Shown here: piece after piece, positions 31,074 through 32,000 of the stretch | Layout of the letters: the number at the start of each line of letters is the position of its first letter | Position numbering within the stretch: position 1 is the stretch's first letter | The notes under the pieces: model-generated | What the model was told of the DNA's origin: nothing | What the model saw: only the letters and a program-made list of their open reading frames with translations | Databases searched by the model: none | Position numbers and translations under genes: made by a program | Origin: Candidatus Saccharimonadota bacterium | GTDB taxonomy: Bacteria > Patescibacteriota > Saccharimonadia > Saccharimonadales > Saccharimonadaceae | Direction: 5' to 3' | DNA: 32,000 nt | NCBI GenBank assembly: GCA_016700015.1 | Contig: CP064995.1 | Span: 390,001 to 422,000 of the forward strand

Positions 31074-32000
31074 GCTGTTGCACCCACCTTCATGCGGCGA
31101 TAGAGAGCCATGCATTTACGGGCAACATCGTTCCACGACAATTTGGCATATTCGTTTTTGACATCTGTTTTCAATGACTGCTTAAGGGCGGGCGAGGTGG
31201 CGATACCAACCAGCTGATCAGCAAGCTTGTCGATATCCCAAAAATCATAGCGAAAAATACTATTCAGAACCTCACCAACACCAGACTGTTTGCTGATAAT
31301 CAGAGCGGTATCGTGGTGTGCAGCCTCGAGTGCCGTCAAGCCAAACGGCTCGCTAACACTGCTCATGACAAATATATCAGCAACATTGTAGGCGTCACGC
31401 CACTGCTTACCACGTACAAATCCCGTAAAGAATACTCTGTCAGCAACTCCAAGGTCAGCAGAAAGCTGTATGAGTTCATCGCGCTGCTCGCCATCGCCAG
31501 CCAACACCAAGGCAAGTTTGTCATATTTCTCGCAAGCCCTCGCAAACCCACGCACAAGGTTAACAAGCCCTTTTTGGACAGTGAAGCGAGTAACAGTCGA
31601 TATAACCGTGTGACCCTCGGCACGAAGTGCCTCTAGGTAGCGATAGGTGCGCCCATCGTAGTCATAATTACCCATTGTTGTTACATCGATAGCATTGTGA
31701 ATAACTTCAATTTTATCAGCTGGGATACCATACTTATGAACAATGATGCTCTTTGTAATGTTGCTGACGGCGATTACTCGGTCGGCCATCATGAGACCTT
31801 GATATTCAATTTCATGTACAATCGGATTGCCGCCGCCAAATGTACCAGCACGATCAAACTCGGTAGCGTGAACATGAACGACCAGTGGGGCGTCGGTAAG
31901 TTGTTTAGCGCGCATACCTGCTTCTATTGTCAACCAGTCATGAGCATGAATGGCATCAGGGTTGCCGTTCTTTTTTACGAAACGCTCGACAAATGCAACA
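31070..32000 (-). CDS. Retaining glycosyltransferase (GT4/GT5, glycogen-synthase-like), 5' end outside window
   Basis: The frame stays open to the window edge upstream of the track start (…AFVERFVKKNGNPDAIHAHDWLT…). HVHATEFDR, E..G....EA motifs of GT-B alpha-glucan synthases. Confidence 0.8.
   Translation of the reverse strand, partial: VAFVERFVKKNGNPDAIHAHDWLTIEAGMRAKQLTDAPLVVHVHATEFDRAGTFGGGNPIVHEIEYQGLMMADRVIAVSNITKSIIVHKYGIPADKIEVIHNAIDVTTMGNYDYDGRTYRYLEALRAEGHTVISTVTRFTVQKGLVNLVRGFARACEKYDKLALVLAGDGEQRDELIQLSADLGVADRVFFTGFVRGKQWRDAYNVADIFVMSSVSEPFGLTALEAAHHDTALIISKQSGVGEVLNSIFRYDFWDIDKLADQLVGIATSPALKQSLKTDVKNEYAKLSWNDVARKCMALYRRMKVGATA

Noticed and set aside
1-32000. CRISPR arrays, rRNA genes, transposases or integrases, large tandem repeats
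   Set aside because: None were seen on visual scanning of the intergenic regions and ORF translations. An exhaustive repeat search was not possible without tools.

Overview
Gene-dense bacterial chromosomal window with no rRNA, CRISPR array, transposase or integrase that I can recognise. Positions 1-8.5 kb hold the distal part of the ribosomal-protein super-operon (rplF-rplR-rpsE-rplO / secY / infA-rpmJ-rpsM-rpsK-rpsD-rpoA-rplQ-rplM-rpsI). It departs from the textbook layout in four ways: there is no rpmD (L30), there is no adk/map, a non-S8 ORF lies upstream of rplF, and a self-contained orphan gene cassette sits between rplO and secY. Positions 8.5-12.8 kb (+ strand) carry a stand-alone RelA/SpoT-homologue with a long C-terminal extension (fused toxSAS/CapRel-like architecture). 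They also carry a compact ATP-grasp plus phosphohistidine phosphotransferase translationally coupled to an unknown 260-aa protein, and an aspartoacylase/AstE-family deacylase. Positions 12.8-17.6 kb (- strand) form a tightly packed five-gene cluster: AroQ chorismate-mutase-like, histidine-decarboxylase-type PLP decarboxylase, N-terminally extended TrpD-family phosphoribosyltransferase, HAD phosphatase and IU-nucleoside hydrolase. I do not recognise this combination as any described pathway, and it is my top candidate for something new. Next come trpS, an RluD-type pseudouridine synthase, holB, a TPR protein, a NUDIX hydrolase, an HNH endonuclease, tRNA-Thr(UGU) and tRNA-Tyr(GUA). These are followed by a purF-nucleotidyltransferase operon, a divergent OPRT-like gene, tRNA-Thr(GGU) with nearby tRNA-derived fragments, yajQ and rpmG. 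The window ends with an alpha-glucan operon on the - strand (glycogen-synthase-like GT, GH57, GH15, unknown 229-aa protein). Several features point to a reduced CPR/Patescibacteria (Saccharibacteria-like) genome: the missing L30, overlapping or abutting genes, orphan pieces of biosynthetic pathways, and recurrent TGnTAnAAT extended -10 boxes, several placed 7-8 nt before an ATG (leaderless design). That taxonomic placement is inference only. All functional calls rest on motif recognition by eye; no database search was possible.
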